NCBI GenBank assembly: GCA_030704615.1
Contig: CM060732.1
Span: forward strand, 50,220,001-50,284,000
Reading direction: 5' to 3'
Source of the DNA: Takakia lepidozioides
Taxonomy: Eukaryota; Plantae; Bryophyta
DNA: 64,000 bases
Below the pieces are notes generated by a model that ran no database searches, was not told the DNA's origin, and saw only the letters and a list, made by a program, of their open reading frames with translations. Position numbers and translations under genes: made by a program. Positions 42,001 to 55,289 of the stretch are shown here, one piece after another (position 1 is the first letter of the stretch; each line of letters starts with the position of its first letter).

Positions 42001-43261
42001 ATTTGGTGGAAAATTCCAGCAACAATGCGCTCATGATGCAGCTCCTTCAGCAACAGCAGCAAGGGGGAGGTCCAGGGGTGAATTTACCTCAGGCTGCAGG
42101 TCTTCTTGGGTCTTCCCAGATTAATTCGAATGATATCAATTTGGGTCAGGCAGGCCATATTGGGGTTGTGAACATGGGGAACGCAGTTGGTCTTTCTGGT
42201 ATGGGCCCTGGGGGAAGGGGACTTGCCCCTCCATTGGGAGGCACAGGTGCATCACTATCACATTCATTGGGTGGGTTGGTGCGAGCACAAAGTGTTGATG
42301 TCAAGAACTTGAATGTCACAGGTACATCAGGTGGCAGCTTCCCAGCTGCAAATAGTGTAGTGGTGACGGTTCCTTCTCCGATGGGTGGAGGAGCTGTGAG
42401 TCCTCCAGTGCTAAACGAGGGATTAACTCAGCATACAATGAGGTCAAATTTCAGTGTGCTGGGAAACCTAAGTCACGGGCTTGGGCAAAGCCTTAGTCAA
42501 AAGGGCAGGCCTGGTTGGCCTTCCGGAGAGATGGGGCCTGGGGATTTTGGACAGAAGACGACCTTGGGACTGAGTTCCCGGTATCAGGTGACTGCTCCCA
42601 GTCAAACTCATCATGGCCGGTTCGCACCAGGGCTCCAAGGGCTGCAATGCCAGCCAGCCTTTATGGGTCAGGGAATGAGCTTCCCAGCAAGGTTAGCATC
42701 GGATGGAGGGGCTGTCAAGCCATCTTCTAATGGTGGTCAATGTCATGGTGAGCCACCTACAGCTGACGGTGTCCGCAAAGTGGTGAAAGACGAACGAAAC
42801 CTGGACCATCTCCTCTGTGCCAAGTTGGAGGGTGGTTTGATGTCGCAGGACTCGTCAACTGAGGACCTATTTAATTTCCTCTTAAAGCAGGTATTTCTTC
42901 TTACAGCTTTGTACAGGAGGCTTGTTAATCATGGCTGACACAGGAGACATGATTGTTTTGGATCTATGTTCTCCCATGCATTGTGACTTACCTGTGAGTG
43001 TTAGAGGTTCTTAGCCAGAGATTGGAACTGCAAGATTCAGAAGTGTTGTCTTTCTGTATTTCTGTTTGTGGGCGGCGTTGGATGTTTTGACACTTAGAGG
43101 ATGCTCAAGGTCCACCTTGCAAGCTCTGTCAGCCAACCAATGTCTCTCGACTGACGTATTGGTCATTTCTTCTGCCACTGCAGCAACAGGAAGGGATCAG
43201 CTTCACAGAGAGTGATTTGACGGCCGATGGCTATCCTTTGGATAATCTCTATGTGAAGTGA
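39059..43261 (+). CDS. Type-B response regulator (cytokinin signalling; receiver + GARP/Myb domain), exons 39059-39326, 39759-39911, 40580-40984, 41222-41298, 41490-42890, 43184-43261
   Basis: Receiver domain [13 protein letters not shown]...[19 protein letters not shown]...GACDYLLKP; GARP domain [15 protein letters not shown]...KAVPKRILE...[17 protein letters not shown]; Gly/Gln-rich tail ending [10 protein letters not shown]. Introns are GT-AG and frame-consistent. Confidence 0.95.
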
Positions 43262-44904
43262 AGAGAGCAATGGCTCGGCTCCTGGAAAATAAAAATCAAC
43301 TGCTTTTAGCACATGAACAGATAATTGTCTTCTCTTTGAAGTACCAAACCTTGAACAGGTGTAGAGATGGAGGCAATATCACAAGCAATGATTTGATAAG
43401 AGGAGTTCTAGATGATAAAAGGCAGCGCTGTTGGTAGGTGGGTGCTGGGGACTGCTGGGGGGGATTGGCCCCAACCAGCTTTTCAGTAGATGCTCCCTGG
43501 GAAAACAGGGGCACACATTGTAACATATGGGGTTGGGTTCCTTTCACTCTGCGACAGTTGGCTCTCTTCGCCCATGGGATTTTTCTTGTATCCTTGGGTT
43601 TGACAGCCTGGATTTTCAGAGTTTGTATGCTGCAGGGAGGAGGGCATGTAATTTCATCGCAATAAGCGAGAATTAAAGGTGGCGGTGTACATGTCTCTAC
43701 AGAGGCGGCTGCAATTTGGTGGATTCTGGCGGTTGAAAGCGAGCTACTGTAAGTATGATTGGGTTTGGTGGGGATGGACTGAGGAGTAGTAGGTCACGTG
43801 CATGCCGCGTATGCTCCGATGACAGGCTGTGTCTCTTCTTCATCCAGGCTGTTATGGGATTTAAAAGTTTATGAGCTCAGCTGTGGTCAGAGCTGAGACC
43901 TCCGATACTTTTTAAACTTGTTATGCCATTGTGTCACTATAATCACTAATCTTTTGTAAGGGAGACGTCTTCCTTTTGTACATTCACGTTGGTCAGCAGT
44001 CTGATTACAACCTCTGTTGGCGACACAGTTTTGCATCTCGTGTGAGCGTAACTTGACAATGGCCTCCATTGCGGTATCGTTGAGACGAGTGGTCTTCTCT
44101 TTGGCACCATCATTGAGGGTTTTCAGTTAACATTACATGTTATTTGTTCACTTTCAGGACTGGATAATGTGATGCTATTTGATGCATAAAACTTGTTACC
44201 GACATGCTCACCCACAGTTGACACCATAATTCTCAGCTTCTGAGTGTCTTGTTCTCTGTTTTGTTCTGTACCTGTGAAACATGAAATTGGCTCGCCTTGC
44301 ATGAGGTTCCTGTGCATTCTTGATGGTGCTGTTGATTCTTGATGAATTGCATAGAGAAAGAAAGGAGTTTCCAACACAAAGACCTACCACGCAATTAGAT
44401 CTCTGGAGCAACTAGATCAAAACGCAAATGCCAACCTGCAATCCCTGTGATAATCAATGCCAGTCTGCTTTTGTGTAGGAAACTGTGAAGAATGTTTGAG
44501 TTCTCCGAAACCCCACGAGGTTTGATAGTTTCTTTCTGCCTGCGAGGGAAATGAACTTCTTCTCGTTCACTGCTTCTGCAGTCTGGGTCTACGAGCTTAC
44601 TTCTTGTAGAGCTGAGATGTGTGTATGCAATGGAAACTCAGATCGATCTTCCACCAGAGCTCCAAGAGATGAAAGCTCTGCACAGATCTGGGCAAGGTTG
44701 CACAAAACAACGGAAAGACACACTAAATCATCCTGCCCGCTTTCAGAGTCTGCTGAGTTCGAAGACTTGAAGCGATGGAAACACTGTTGGAATCTCTCCA
44801 CTTCGGAAGGCCACAATTTCAAAACGGAGTGAAGGATAGAAAATGACTTCGATGAGGTAGTATATATATTACGTATGTTGTGAGAGAGCAGGGAGAATCC
44901 AGTT

Positions 44905-45029
44905 ATGAAGGGCACTGAGGAGAGGGTCGATGATGCTCACGCACCTGCTCCTTCCGGGTCCTCTACTTCCTCCTTGCGATGGAGCATGCTAAGTCGCTTC
45001 ATCTCATCGAAGAATCCGGGTAGATGTCC

Positions 45030-45068
<39 letters not shown>

Positions 45069-48000
45069 AAGAAACTTTCTCTCAGCTGCCTGTTGGAGCT
45101 TCCAGTTTGACGCTTCACAAATCCTCGAGAAAACTTGATGCGGACGTTATAAAGTACCATTTTCATTTCATTTCTCTTTCTCTTCGTGACGTTATAGAGT
45201 TTCATTCTGTCTTCTCTTCAACGAGGGACAAAGCCAAAGGTGTTGTGTTAGCACTCAAATTTGTTTATGCGGAATACATACTTGCATTGTGGTAGCCCGC
45301 AGTGTTTCAGTTGCACCAGACTGCCGTAGTTCTTCATGAATGCTGTGGCCATTCTGTACCTGCGAGAAGGGAGATGGTAGATCTGGATGGAGAGTGGAAC
45401 AATGGAATTCAAGAATGATTCTTGCAAGGATTCCGTTTCGTGTGATAGACGGAAGGGGATGTGATCATCATTCGTGGTCTTGAAATGTCTGCTTTTGAGA
45501 TCTCAACTTTTCTCCATGAACTCAGTAGCAGCAGAAACCTGGTAGCCGAACCCTTTCGAGATTGTTTGTTTGGAATGTGAAGCAGGTGTTCTCTTGGCTC
45601 ATAAGGCCAAGCTGCCGCATGGGAGCTTGGAGGCTAAATTAGCTCAGTACGTAGTAGGCAGGCTTGGACCGGGAGCTCAATGCTTCGTAGGCTGAATGTT
45701 TTCCTTCATCCCTGGGGTGCAATATCTGCCTCAAATGCCTCTCAGACAATTGCTGGATTGTACGTTAGGCAGTTAGAACTCAGGGTCGCAGTCAGTGAAG
45801 TGCACCTTCCTCACTCTCTCGCTCAAACTGGGAGATCCTGAGCCCCTGTGGCCTTGCAAAGAGTGGTCTTACCTGAGCAATTGATCCAAGCAGTGGTGAA
45901 ATGTGGAATGTGCTGTAGGAAGAGGACTGCATGGGTCTGGCTAGTCATGAGAAAGAGAGATCGAATGAACCTATTACCTCTGCAGGAGGGTCTTCGGCCA
46001 ACTTGCTCACAGATAACAACCCAGTAGAACAACAGAAACCAAAGAACAATTCAAAGCTGAAATGAAGTCAAAGTGCTTCATGCAGGTAACCCGCCAAGCA
46101 CTTCTGAGAGGGACGAATACTCATTGTTTGCCGTAGCCTTGTGGCAGGTAGAGATGACTCACTGGTAGACACTGATCCCGTGTACAGGTCTGAAAGTGGA
46201 TGGGCAGATAAGAAAAGTCTCGAGAAGGCCTGCTGGAAGATTCGATGTAGTGCCATGCCATCCAGCAGTGGAAAATGGATCGGGACCTGAGCCTGATAAA
46301 CTGTCTAGCCAGACAACGAGAGACGTTGTATTGCAATACACCATTCCGACAGTCCCTAATGTGACACTCACTCTTCGGTATGACTTTCTTACAAAAGAAC
46401 ACCATGAATTTGTGGTGTAGCCCATGAGATCAGCCACTCCTCCTATAATTCTCAGTTTAATCAAGCAGAAAGTATCATACAAACTGCTTATGACAAATTG
46501 CACTGGCTTTGCGAGGTAGTACTGCATCTTCTAGCACTTCAAAATCTGTTACTGACTTAATCATGGTGATTTTGTTGTCTAACTGAGCAGGCAGAGGCAG
46601 GATGCAGAAATTGAGTTAAAGGATTTTACAGCATCACAAAAGCACAATGTTGATAGCACGGGGCTTGTGTGTAAGTGCACTACCCCTCCGTGGCTCAATC
46701 ACCCTCCAGGTCCTACATGAATTGCAGATGTAAACCTTTGACAATCCGTTTTTTATAGTTTCTGGATGCTAAGCTTCAAATACAGAATCTCTTCTTTTGG
46801 CCAAGAACTCCGTTATAGCTAGGCTGCAATAGTGGGCAACTTTCCATCAAATAGCTTGAGGTTGGAGAATAAGTGTCAGATGTTCTTGATGCAGGCATGT
46901 GGCCTTCAGAGGAGATTCTGACCTACTTCTGCACCAAGCGTCCAGAGCTTTTCAGGCATTTCCCTCACTGCATCTTTTTAACTCTGGAGCTTCAATCATT
47001 TAGTGTGTGGTGAGTTTTGGTGTCTAGGCAGTCCAGATTGTTAAGACATTGGGAGTCTGAGATAGTATTTATTTGGAAGATTCAGATGCCTCTATTGCCA
47101 GCACATGGAATGAATTGGAGCCCACTGATCGCAATACTAAGGAAATTATCTAGGCTCCATGTTCCACGGATTCATCTTCCAGGCCATGTCTTTTAGAGAT
47201 CTCAGCAGCACACATGGGCTCACTTGTGAAAGTCTGTTGCTACACCCTATAGGCAGGCCCAGTACAGCTCAGTTCATTTCCAAATATTGCTCACGAGAGG
47301 CATCAGCTCGATTGCAGCATCAATAAATCAGGGTGGTAAAACTAGGATGGAATTAGAACTTTGAGAGGGATTCAGCAAGCAAAATAGGCTGTTGGGAAGT
47401 TATTGTACATTGTACACTACCGAGGCATTGTAGCATTTGTCAATGGTGACAGAAGATTTTAGTTCTGTAGTGCCTGAGCTTCAGAAAGCCCAGAGGTGAG
47501 CCCTCAACCTCTCTTAGGGAGTCTGGGGTCCACATCTGCAAATGTCTCTGTTGGAAGTATCCAAACCAGCTGCAAGGGGCACCAGGGAAACTGGTCACCT
47601 ACATCTTGCTACATGGATGGTGAGAGCGTTTGAGGGCTACAAGAACTGTCAAAGTCCACTGTTGTTGGTAGCAGAATGTGTGAGCAACTGAGGTGAGGAC
47701 TACATTATTAACCATTTAAGCACATTGAAGGTACTTTCCTTCTTGAAAGCAGGCATTCTCCTGGAACTTTGGGGAGAGGAACTCCGCAGTTATAGAGGGC
47801 TGGTCAGCAAAACAAACCTTGAATTGTCTTTCATTTTCTTTGGCTTCCATGTCCTTGGCTGCCATGCGAGGTGACTGTGATGATCAAAACTTGGTGGCAG
47901 TACAATGCTCTGCGTGTACTGTATATACATTTGCTGGCCGTGTCCATGGACTATTTGCAGTTCTGGGTTTATCTGTGAGGACTTCTTGAAAACATGAAAG

Positions 48001-51000
48001 AGGGAAATGTGTACTGAGATGGATAAGACAAGTAACACAGAAGGCAAAATTACAGATCTGAACTCACTGTTCTTCAGGACAGACTCTCATTGATAATGAC
48101 ATCTGGTGATGCTTTCCTGCAGAAACAAACGCGTGATAGAACTTGGCTCAGGTTATGGATTGGCCGGTCTTGCCATAGCTGCTTGTACCGAAGCATCTTA
48201 TGTCCTTCTCACTGACGGAAACCCTCAAGTTGTAGAATGTATCCTTTCCTTTCTCTTTATGTTTACAGACCTGGCAACGATCACAATTGTTGCCAGCAGA
48301 GGATATTAACACTCTGTACTTAGCAATCAGATGGAAAATGAGTTGTGATCTTTGGTCCTGATTCATGTCTGCCACAAGACTTAAGGGAAGTATAAACTCC
48401 ATGATAAATTCCATTCTTTACCCCTTGTGTGTATATTAGCAGGGCTCCTCAGACTTTAGTATGTATCTTCAGGGCTTGCCCTCCACGGGTTGTGTCAATA
48501 TTTGGGTCCTTCTTTCTGGGTCTCATGCATAAGTTCCCTGACCTTTGAGGACTAGATATTGAGCAGAATATCACTGCCAACAGTAATACCTTTGGCAACA
48601 CTGAAGTGCGCACTTGTTCATTGCATTGGAGCCGCCATCAGGTTGCCATGCCCGGTCTAACGTACGATGTGATTGTTGCTGCCGATTGGTATCTCTCTCT
48701 CTCTCTCTCTCTCTCCCCCATTAGTTCTTCTGAGATTGTGGAAGCAATTGAACATTTAAATGGATATAAAGCTGGTGGACCTGATGGTATTGTCAACAAG
48801 CTTATCAAGCACGGTGGCGATCCCATGATAGAGGCCCTAGTTCTCCTCTTTAACCTTATCTGGAAGACTGAAATGATCCCCTTTCGCTGGCGACAGGGGG
48901 TCATTGTCAATCTATACAAGAAGGGTGACAGAGAAGAACCGGGGAACTACCGTGGCATCACGCTCCTCAATGCTGTTGGCAAGACATTCTGCAGAGTTAT
49001 AAGTACTCGTCTCGAGGTTGATCTGGAGTCTAGAGGTTGTTTCCACGAAGGCCAAGCTGGCTTTCGGCGAAACAGGGGCTGTGTGGATCATATCTTCACT
49101 CTAAGCCAGATTATCCAGGGAAGGAAAAAAGAAGGGAAACCCACTTATGTCTTTTTCCTGGATTTCAAAAAGGCTTATGACACACTGTGGAGAGATGGCC
49201 TATGGTTCTGCCTCTGGTCTTGTGGGATCAAGGGAAAGATGTGGAGAGTTGTCCACAACTTGTATGCTCACACCAAAAGCTGTGTCACTGTTAACGGACA
49301 GAAGTCCAACTTCTTTGACATAGACCAAGGTGTAGCTCAAGGATGTACTCTCTCCCCTCTGCTCTTCAATGTTTTCATCAATCAACTCCTCGAGGATGTG
49401 GAAAGTGAGGGATTTGGGTTAAGGGTGGGTGATACCACCATACCAGCCCTTATGTTTGCGGATGACTTCGCAGGCATAGGGGAGACTCCAACCAATCTCC
49501 AGGAGTTGATTGATTGCGCAAAGAGATACTTTGATCTTTGGGGGCTAGAGGCTAATGTCAGCAAATGTGCAGTGGTAGCATTCAACGACAGAGGAGAGGG
49601 AGGAAGTGATCTTAAGTGGCAGTGGGGTAGCCAAGAGATCCCGGTCCTCCCTTCCTACACTTACCTGGGCGTTGAGTTCTCCTCCAATTGTAATTGGGAT
49701 GCACATATCCGGAAAGTTGTTCAAACTGGCAAGGGCAAAGCTCTGGGGCTCACTAATTTTTCCACTGCAGAGGGGTCAACTCTGAGGTTAAGAAAACCAT
49801 GCTTTGTCGCGTTATTAGACCTGCCTTGGAGTACGGATCTGCTATATGGATTGATAACTCCAACCAGGCTAAGTCTCTAGAATCCATTCAAGGGGGGGTG
49901 CCTAAGGAGTGTATGTCAGCATGCTCCAAAACAGCCAATGTGGCTGTTCGGGGTGAGTTTGGCATTCCGTCCTTAAGCTCCCGACGAGATGAATTCAAGG
50001 TCAGATGGTGGGGTCAGCTGCAACATATGCCCAACACCAGATATCCTAAATTAATCGACTCTATATCTTGGAAACAGGACCGCCCTGTCAAACAGGCTAA
50101 GTCCTGGCAGAAGAGAGTAGAAGAGATCCTCAAGGACCTGGACCTGGATCCGCAAGTCTTGACCCTGCTGGATAAATCTGACTTAGAGGCTGTAGTGTCC
50201 TCAGCCATGTCTGTTGCCATGAGATTGTCTGATGAAAATGAAGTTAGGCAGAAAACTTCCCTGAACTTGTTTCCAGTCTGTGACATGGGGGAGGACATCT
50301 TGGATGACCTCAAGGGTCTACCCACTCTCGGCACTAGACTGAAATTTAAAGGAAGCCTACCTTTGAACAGCAAACAGAAGCAGAGAGGAAAGGGAGAGTG
50401 CAATTGCCCGTTGTGTGGGCAATCTGAAGACTATTCATTTTCTGATACACTGTCCGGGGTTCTCTCACCAAAGAGACGCTCTCTTCAAATCTATTAAGGG
50501 AATTGTGCCTGTACCCCTGTTTACCAACTTTGAAAGTCTCGAGGCTGAGCCAAAAGCCCAGGCCCTCCTGAGGCCTAGTTTTTGGGCAAATCACACACAG
50601 CAGATTGATGCTTGTGTGAAGGGATTTCTAGAGGATATCTGGAAAACCCGGATTAATTCTTTATATGGAGGTAAGTCTTACTACCAACGTCAGCCCCTGA
50701 CAGAGGTAGGTTCTGTCCCTTTTGTTCCCGCTCAAACTGGGCGCGGGGTCAATGGCCACAAGGCTACGGCAAACAACGTCTTATGAGTACAATCTCTCTC
50801 TCTCTCTCTCATTCCTTGTTGCCAGGAAATTCCGATGAAAATGATGTTAGGCAGAAAACTTCCCTGAACTTGTTTCCAGCCTGTGACATGGGTAAGGCCA
50901 TCATGGATGACCTCAAGGTTTTACCCACTCTTGGCTAGACTGAAATTTAAACTCAGGGCAGGAAGCCTACCTTTGAACAGCAAATAGACGCAGAGAGGAA

Positions 51001-52099
51001 AGGGGGATTGCAACTGCCCGTTGTGTGGGCAACCTGAAGACAATATCCACTTTCTGATTCATTGTCCTGGGTACTCTCACCAGAGAGACACCCTCTTCAA
51101 ATCCATCAAGGGAATTGTTCCTGTACCTCTGTTTACCAACTTGGAAAATCTCGAGGCTGAGCCAAAAGCCCAGGCCCTTTTGGTGTCTAGCTATTGGGAA
51201 AATCACACACAGCAGATTGATGTTTGTGTGAAGGGATTTCTAGAGGATATCTGGAAAACTCAGATCAATTGTATGTTTCAAGGTATGTTGTACTACCGGT
51301 GTCAGCCCAGTTTGTGTTCCACTCAACTGGGCGTGGGGTCAATGGCCATAAGGCTATGGCAAACAACGTCTTATGAGTACATTCTCTCTTTCCTTGAAGT
51401 GTTTCTGTGGTTCTTTGCTGTTTTACTTCAGCCTTTTGGCCCTCCTGCAGACGTAATAAACTTCTTGCTTCTTGAAGAACCAAAATGCCTTGCAGGCTAC
51501 TTCGTTGAGGGGCTATTAGACTTATTGTATCCAATATTTTTGTGCCATAGGCCATTGTGGCTTGCTCTCTATGGAGTCGGAAAAGTTTCATATCTTCTCT
51601 TCCGCCCAAATTGGGTTTGGGGTCTATAATGGCCACAAGTCTACAGCAAACAACGTTGTATGAGTACATTCTTAAAGTTCTTACTTTCTTCTTTCTGTTC
51701 TTTCTAGGACAGAAAGCGGCAATACCTCAGGTCAATATCTGAAGCTGATCCAAGCCTACACTGTTTACCTCATGCAGCACATTTTTCAAGGATTTCCATC
51801 TGGATCTTGCTCACACAATCAAAGGCTTGCTGGGGACATCCAGCGGCTGCCAAGCCATCATATTCAGTCCACGGAGAGGGGACAGCTTGGATCGATTTGT
51901 CAAGACTGCTCGATGTGTGCAACTGAACATTGACATTGTTGAACAGTATGACCCCCATATCTGGGACCTTCATCAGTGCTTTCTAAGCAACCAGCAAGAG
52001 AGTCTACTGTGGCCAAACTACGATGTGGACCACTGCTACCCCTTTTTCCTGTCCATCACCCATTGTGTGCCCCAATCTTCTGCCATTCAACTGCATTAA
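44905..52099 (+). CDS. CAMKMT: Calmodulin-lysine N-methyltransferase-like protein, exons 44905-45019, 46188-46377, 46591-46670, 46895-46955, 48123-48238, 48556-48688, 51778-52099
   Basis: Spliced protein has SLRWSML, VDSTGLVCMWPSEEILTYFC, FRNKRVIELGSGYGLAG (SAM motif I), LTDGNPQVVEYI, YDVIVAADCTFFKDFH, FSPRRGDSLDRF and DHCYP. The frame is continuous only with a GC donor at 46956. Confidence 0.9.
45029..45068. repeat. Compound (CT)n(CA)n microsatellite just downstream of the intron 1 donor
   Basis: Seen directly in the sequence. Confidence 0.9.
48239..48555 (+). other. U12-type (minor spliceosome) GT-AG intron
   Basis: Donor GTATCCTTT matches the U12 consensus. A branch-like TTCCCTGAC (48534-48542) lies 13 nt before the 3' end, and there is no polypyrimidine tract. 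Confidence 0.8.
48716..50792 (+). mobile_element. 5'-truncated LINE (RT plus C-terminal CCHC finger) in CaM-KMT intron 6, flanked by (TC)n
   Basis: KAGGPDGI, LYKKGD..PGNYRGITLL, QAGFR, FLDFKKAYD, GVAQGCTLSPLLF, FADD, YTYLGV, RPALEYGS, CPLCG...HFLIHC. Two frameshifts. (TC)n at 48692-48715 and 50793-50810. Confidence 0.93.
50833..51672 (+). mobile_element. Two further 3' fragments of the same LINE family in tandem (50833-51382 and about 51600-51668)
   Basis: 50833-51382 duplicates 50229-50792. The terminal motif AAACAACGT(C/T)(T/G)TATGAGTACA recurs near 51361 and 51648, each time followed by TTCT. Confidence 0.85.
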
Positions 52100-52570
52100 G
52101 GTGTCATAATTGACTGTTGATTGAGATGTTTGTCATCTCTATAATTCTCCCCAAGAATTGTATTCGCTTTCAGAGAAATCTGTGTATTTATGCAGTGCCC
52201 AGACAAGCACATGTCAGCCAACAAAGTCTTTTGACATGGGACCAATCGTGGCATAAAGGCATTTGCATCCTTGTTCGCTGTGGAAAAGACTAATTTTTTT
52301 GGATGAATTATGCATAAGTTATGAATGTTACGACTGGTCATAGATATGTTGCAAGTGTTCCTAGAGTGGGGTCATAAGAGGGATGGAGGATGCCTAATCT
52401 AGACATTGTCAATGCAAATGCAGATTGCAAATGTGACATCAATACATTGCCATTAGTGAGTTGAATAAGCTCTAAAGTAGTGCAAAATAAGTGCAATGAA
52501 AACACATGTTGTGCAACTCTAATAGGAGGGTTTTATAGGTAATAGGAATGGGCATATCCACCCTAATTAT

Positions 52571-52895
52571 TGTTGGAATTTGACAGAGAATAGAGATAAA
52601 AGATAAATTGATTACTAAGAACTCTCCACCCAAGCATACGACCACAAGAAGCTGTCTGTCCACCTGTGACTTTTGAGATAACTATAACATAACTCCATGC
52701 TTTTTTACTTAAGTTATCCCCACCTGCTATTCTGGTACGTTGACTTGAGTCACTAATAACTAAAGCTAACTTTAGTTGACTAAGGCTCATCTTTATTGTT
52801 AACTGTGACTTGTTAGCATTGCTATTATTGAAGTCTGACTTGTCACCACAGTAACTCTAAGTAGTAGTAACTTGGTCAGGAGTTGATTTCCAACA
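52571..52895 (-). mobile_element. 3' LTR (325 bp) of a Ty1/Copia element
   Basis: Inverted ends TGTTGGAAT...ATTTCCAACA. A polypurine tract (GAGTGGGGG on the - strand) is adjacent at 52896-52904. Confidence 0.8.
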
Positions 52896-52929
52896 CCCCC
52901 ACTCAACGAGTTACCAAGTTAAACACTTA

Positions 52930-54235
52930 ACTACTCCCATCAAACTTCGAAAGCGTGCATGTTTTTCAGCACTAAGTCATTTTGTCAGAGTATCTACAAC
53001 CATGTTGTTGGTGTTGCAATACAGTTTGACAAATCCAGCTTCAGTCTTCTCTCGTACCAGATGATGATGAATCTCAATATGCTTTGTGTGAGCATGAAAC
53101 GTTGGATTCTTCGAGAGTGCAATACACCCTTGGTTGTCATCATATATGACCATGATATCCCTCTGTGGACGACCAATACTTGTGAGAAATGATGATAACC
53201 ATAATGCTTGCCTTGTAGCTTGAGATGCAGCCATATATTTTGCCTTAGTTGAGGACATAGCAATTGTAGATTGCTTTTTGCTAGTGCTCCAGCTGGTAGC
53301 TCCATTTGCTAGCATAAAAACATAGCCAGATATAGAATGGAGGTCATCAACATTACTAGCCCAATCTGCATCACAATAGCCGTATAGCTCTGTGCTTTTG
53401 CAAGCACTATTTGAAATATCATATGAACCCACTTGATCCAACTGACCATTATCATTTTTCTTTCTCAAGCACAGACCATAGTCCAGTGTGCCTCTTAGAT
53501 AACGGAAAATCTGCTTTACTGCAACTCAATATTTGAGTTGCCCAGGTTAGCCACAAATTGGCTTATGACACCCACTGCTTCTGCAATATCTGGCCTAGTA
53601 CAAACCATTGCATACATAAGACTTCCCACAATACTCTGATAGGGAACATCTCTCATTGTCTCCAAGTCTACAGCACTATTAGGACTCATCTCCTTTGAGA
53701 GTTTGCAATTTGGGACAAACGGGGTATTTACCGGCATACTTTCAGTCATACCAAAGCACCTTAAGATATCTTCAAGATATTTACGCTGGTTCAGGTAAAT
53801 CGCTCGGTCTTGTTGAACGCGAGATATCGATACCCCCAAGCAGTACTAAATCTTTTTCAGATCCACCATCTCAAACTTCTTTGAGATATCACCAAGGTTG
53901 TCTTTTTCAACAAAGCCTAATCAACACACGATCACATGATCTCTTTCAGATCCACCATCTCGAATTTCTTTGAGATATCACTTTGTTTTTTTTTTTAACA
54001 AAGCCTGATCAACACATGATCGCATGATCTCTTTTAGATCCACTATCTCAAACTCTTTTGAGATATCACTCTGTATGTGTTTCAATAGAGCCAAGTCATT
54101 AAAGACCAAGATCAGGTCATCAACATATAATGTTATGATCACATAAGAGTTTCCATGAGCCCTCTTATAGTAAACACTATAATCAGTAGAACTCATTTCA
54201 AACTTTTCAGCCATGAAATATGCATCAATCTTGTC
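52930..54235 (-). pseudogene. Ty1/Copia RT-RNase H remnant
   Basis: LYVDDL, YQSIVGSLMYAMVCTRPDIA, GYCDADWA, KKQSTIA.SST, DNQGCI, HAHTKHIEIHHH, NMVVDTLTK. Frameshifts, and an internal triplication at about 53850-54070. Confidence 0.92.
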
Positions 54236-55289
54236 ATTCTACGCCCTAGGGGATTGCTTCAAACATACGGGGAATGCTTGCGCGTGAGCCCAGCCAGGCT
54301 CATGCCACGTCAGCAAGGTTTCTCACGTGCAGGATCTAATTCCGCGGATGCCACCACTACAATACAAGCTGGGCTTTTCGACTTTGTATTTGACTCATTT
54401 TTTAGTCATTTGCGACATTTTTACTCCCAGCCTCCATAGTCGAACATGCGTGACAAAGGTCACGTCGTTTCAGTCAAGCAGTCGAATCCAGATGCCAGGT
54501 TCTGACAGTGAAATGTGACAGTAAAACCTAGGGGGTGACGTGTAGGCAGCACAGTATGACGTGGATACGACGTGGCTATGACGTGTAGTAAAGTGGTTTA
54601 ACTGAAGTGGAACATATTGACTATGTTCCATGTTGTTTAGTATACGATTTGACTGTAAATTAGTGATAGTGAGTTTGCTTGACTTTGTATATTGTAATAT
54701 TCTACTGTGAAGCAATAAAAGAGGACACATTTTAGTAAATATGTTTCACTCTGAAGGTGTATATATATATATACATATAAATATAATAATACATATATAA
54801 TATAATATAATATAAATGAACTGGGAGGCTTTTTATTTAATATTTGGTTTTTTATTTATTTATTACTGTTATTTCGTTTTTTTCATTTACTTTTAGTTTA
54901 TATCTGTACATATGTGAATTAGTGGATATTGTATTTAAATTTTTTGATTCGCTGCACTGCATTGAAAATATATTACAAATACAACAAAACATAGAATACA
55001 AATACAGGTCGGAACCAAAAACATTTGGATGGCTCAAAACTGGTTTTATATCAAGAGTGATTTGCAAAACAAGTTTTGGCCACATTCTACAAATGACCAA
55101 CATGAGGGCCATGTTGCCATATCCATAGATCACTGCCCAACTGAAGTCATTGAGTAAGGATAATCTGCTGTGCAGCTAGGTCCAGCACTATCGTAGACAT
55201 GTCAAGAGAACATTAGAAATCATTTTGAGAATGAATTCAGGTAGTTCCAGAGAATGGTGGTGCCAGCTACCTTGTCACCCAAAGTGACA

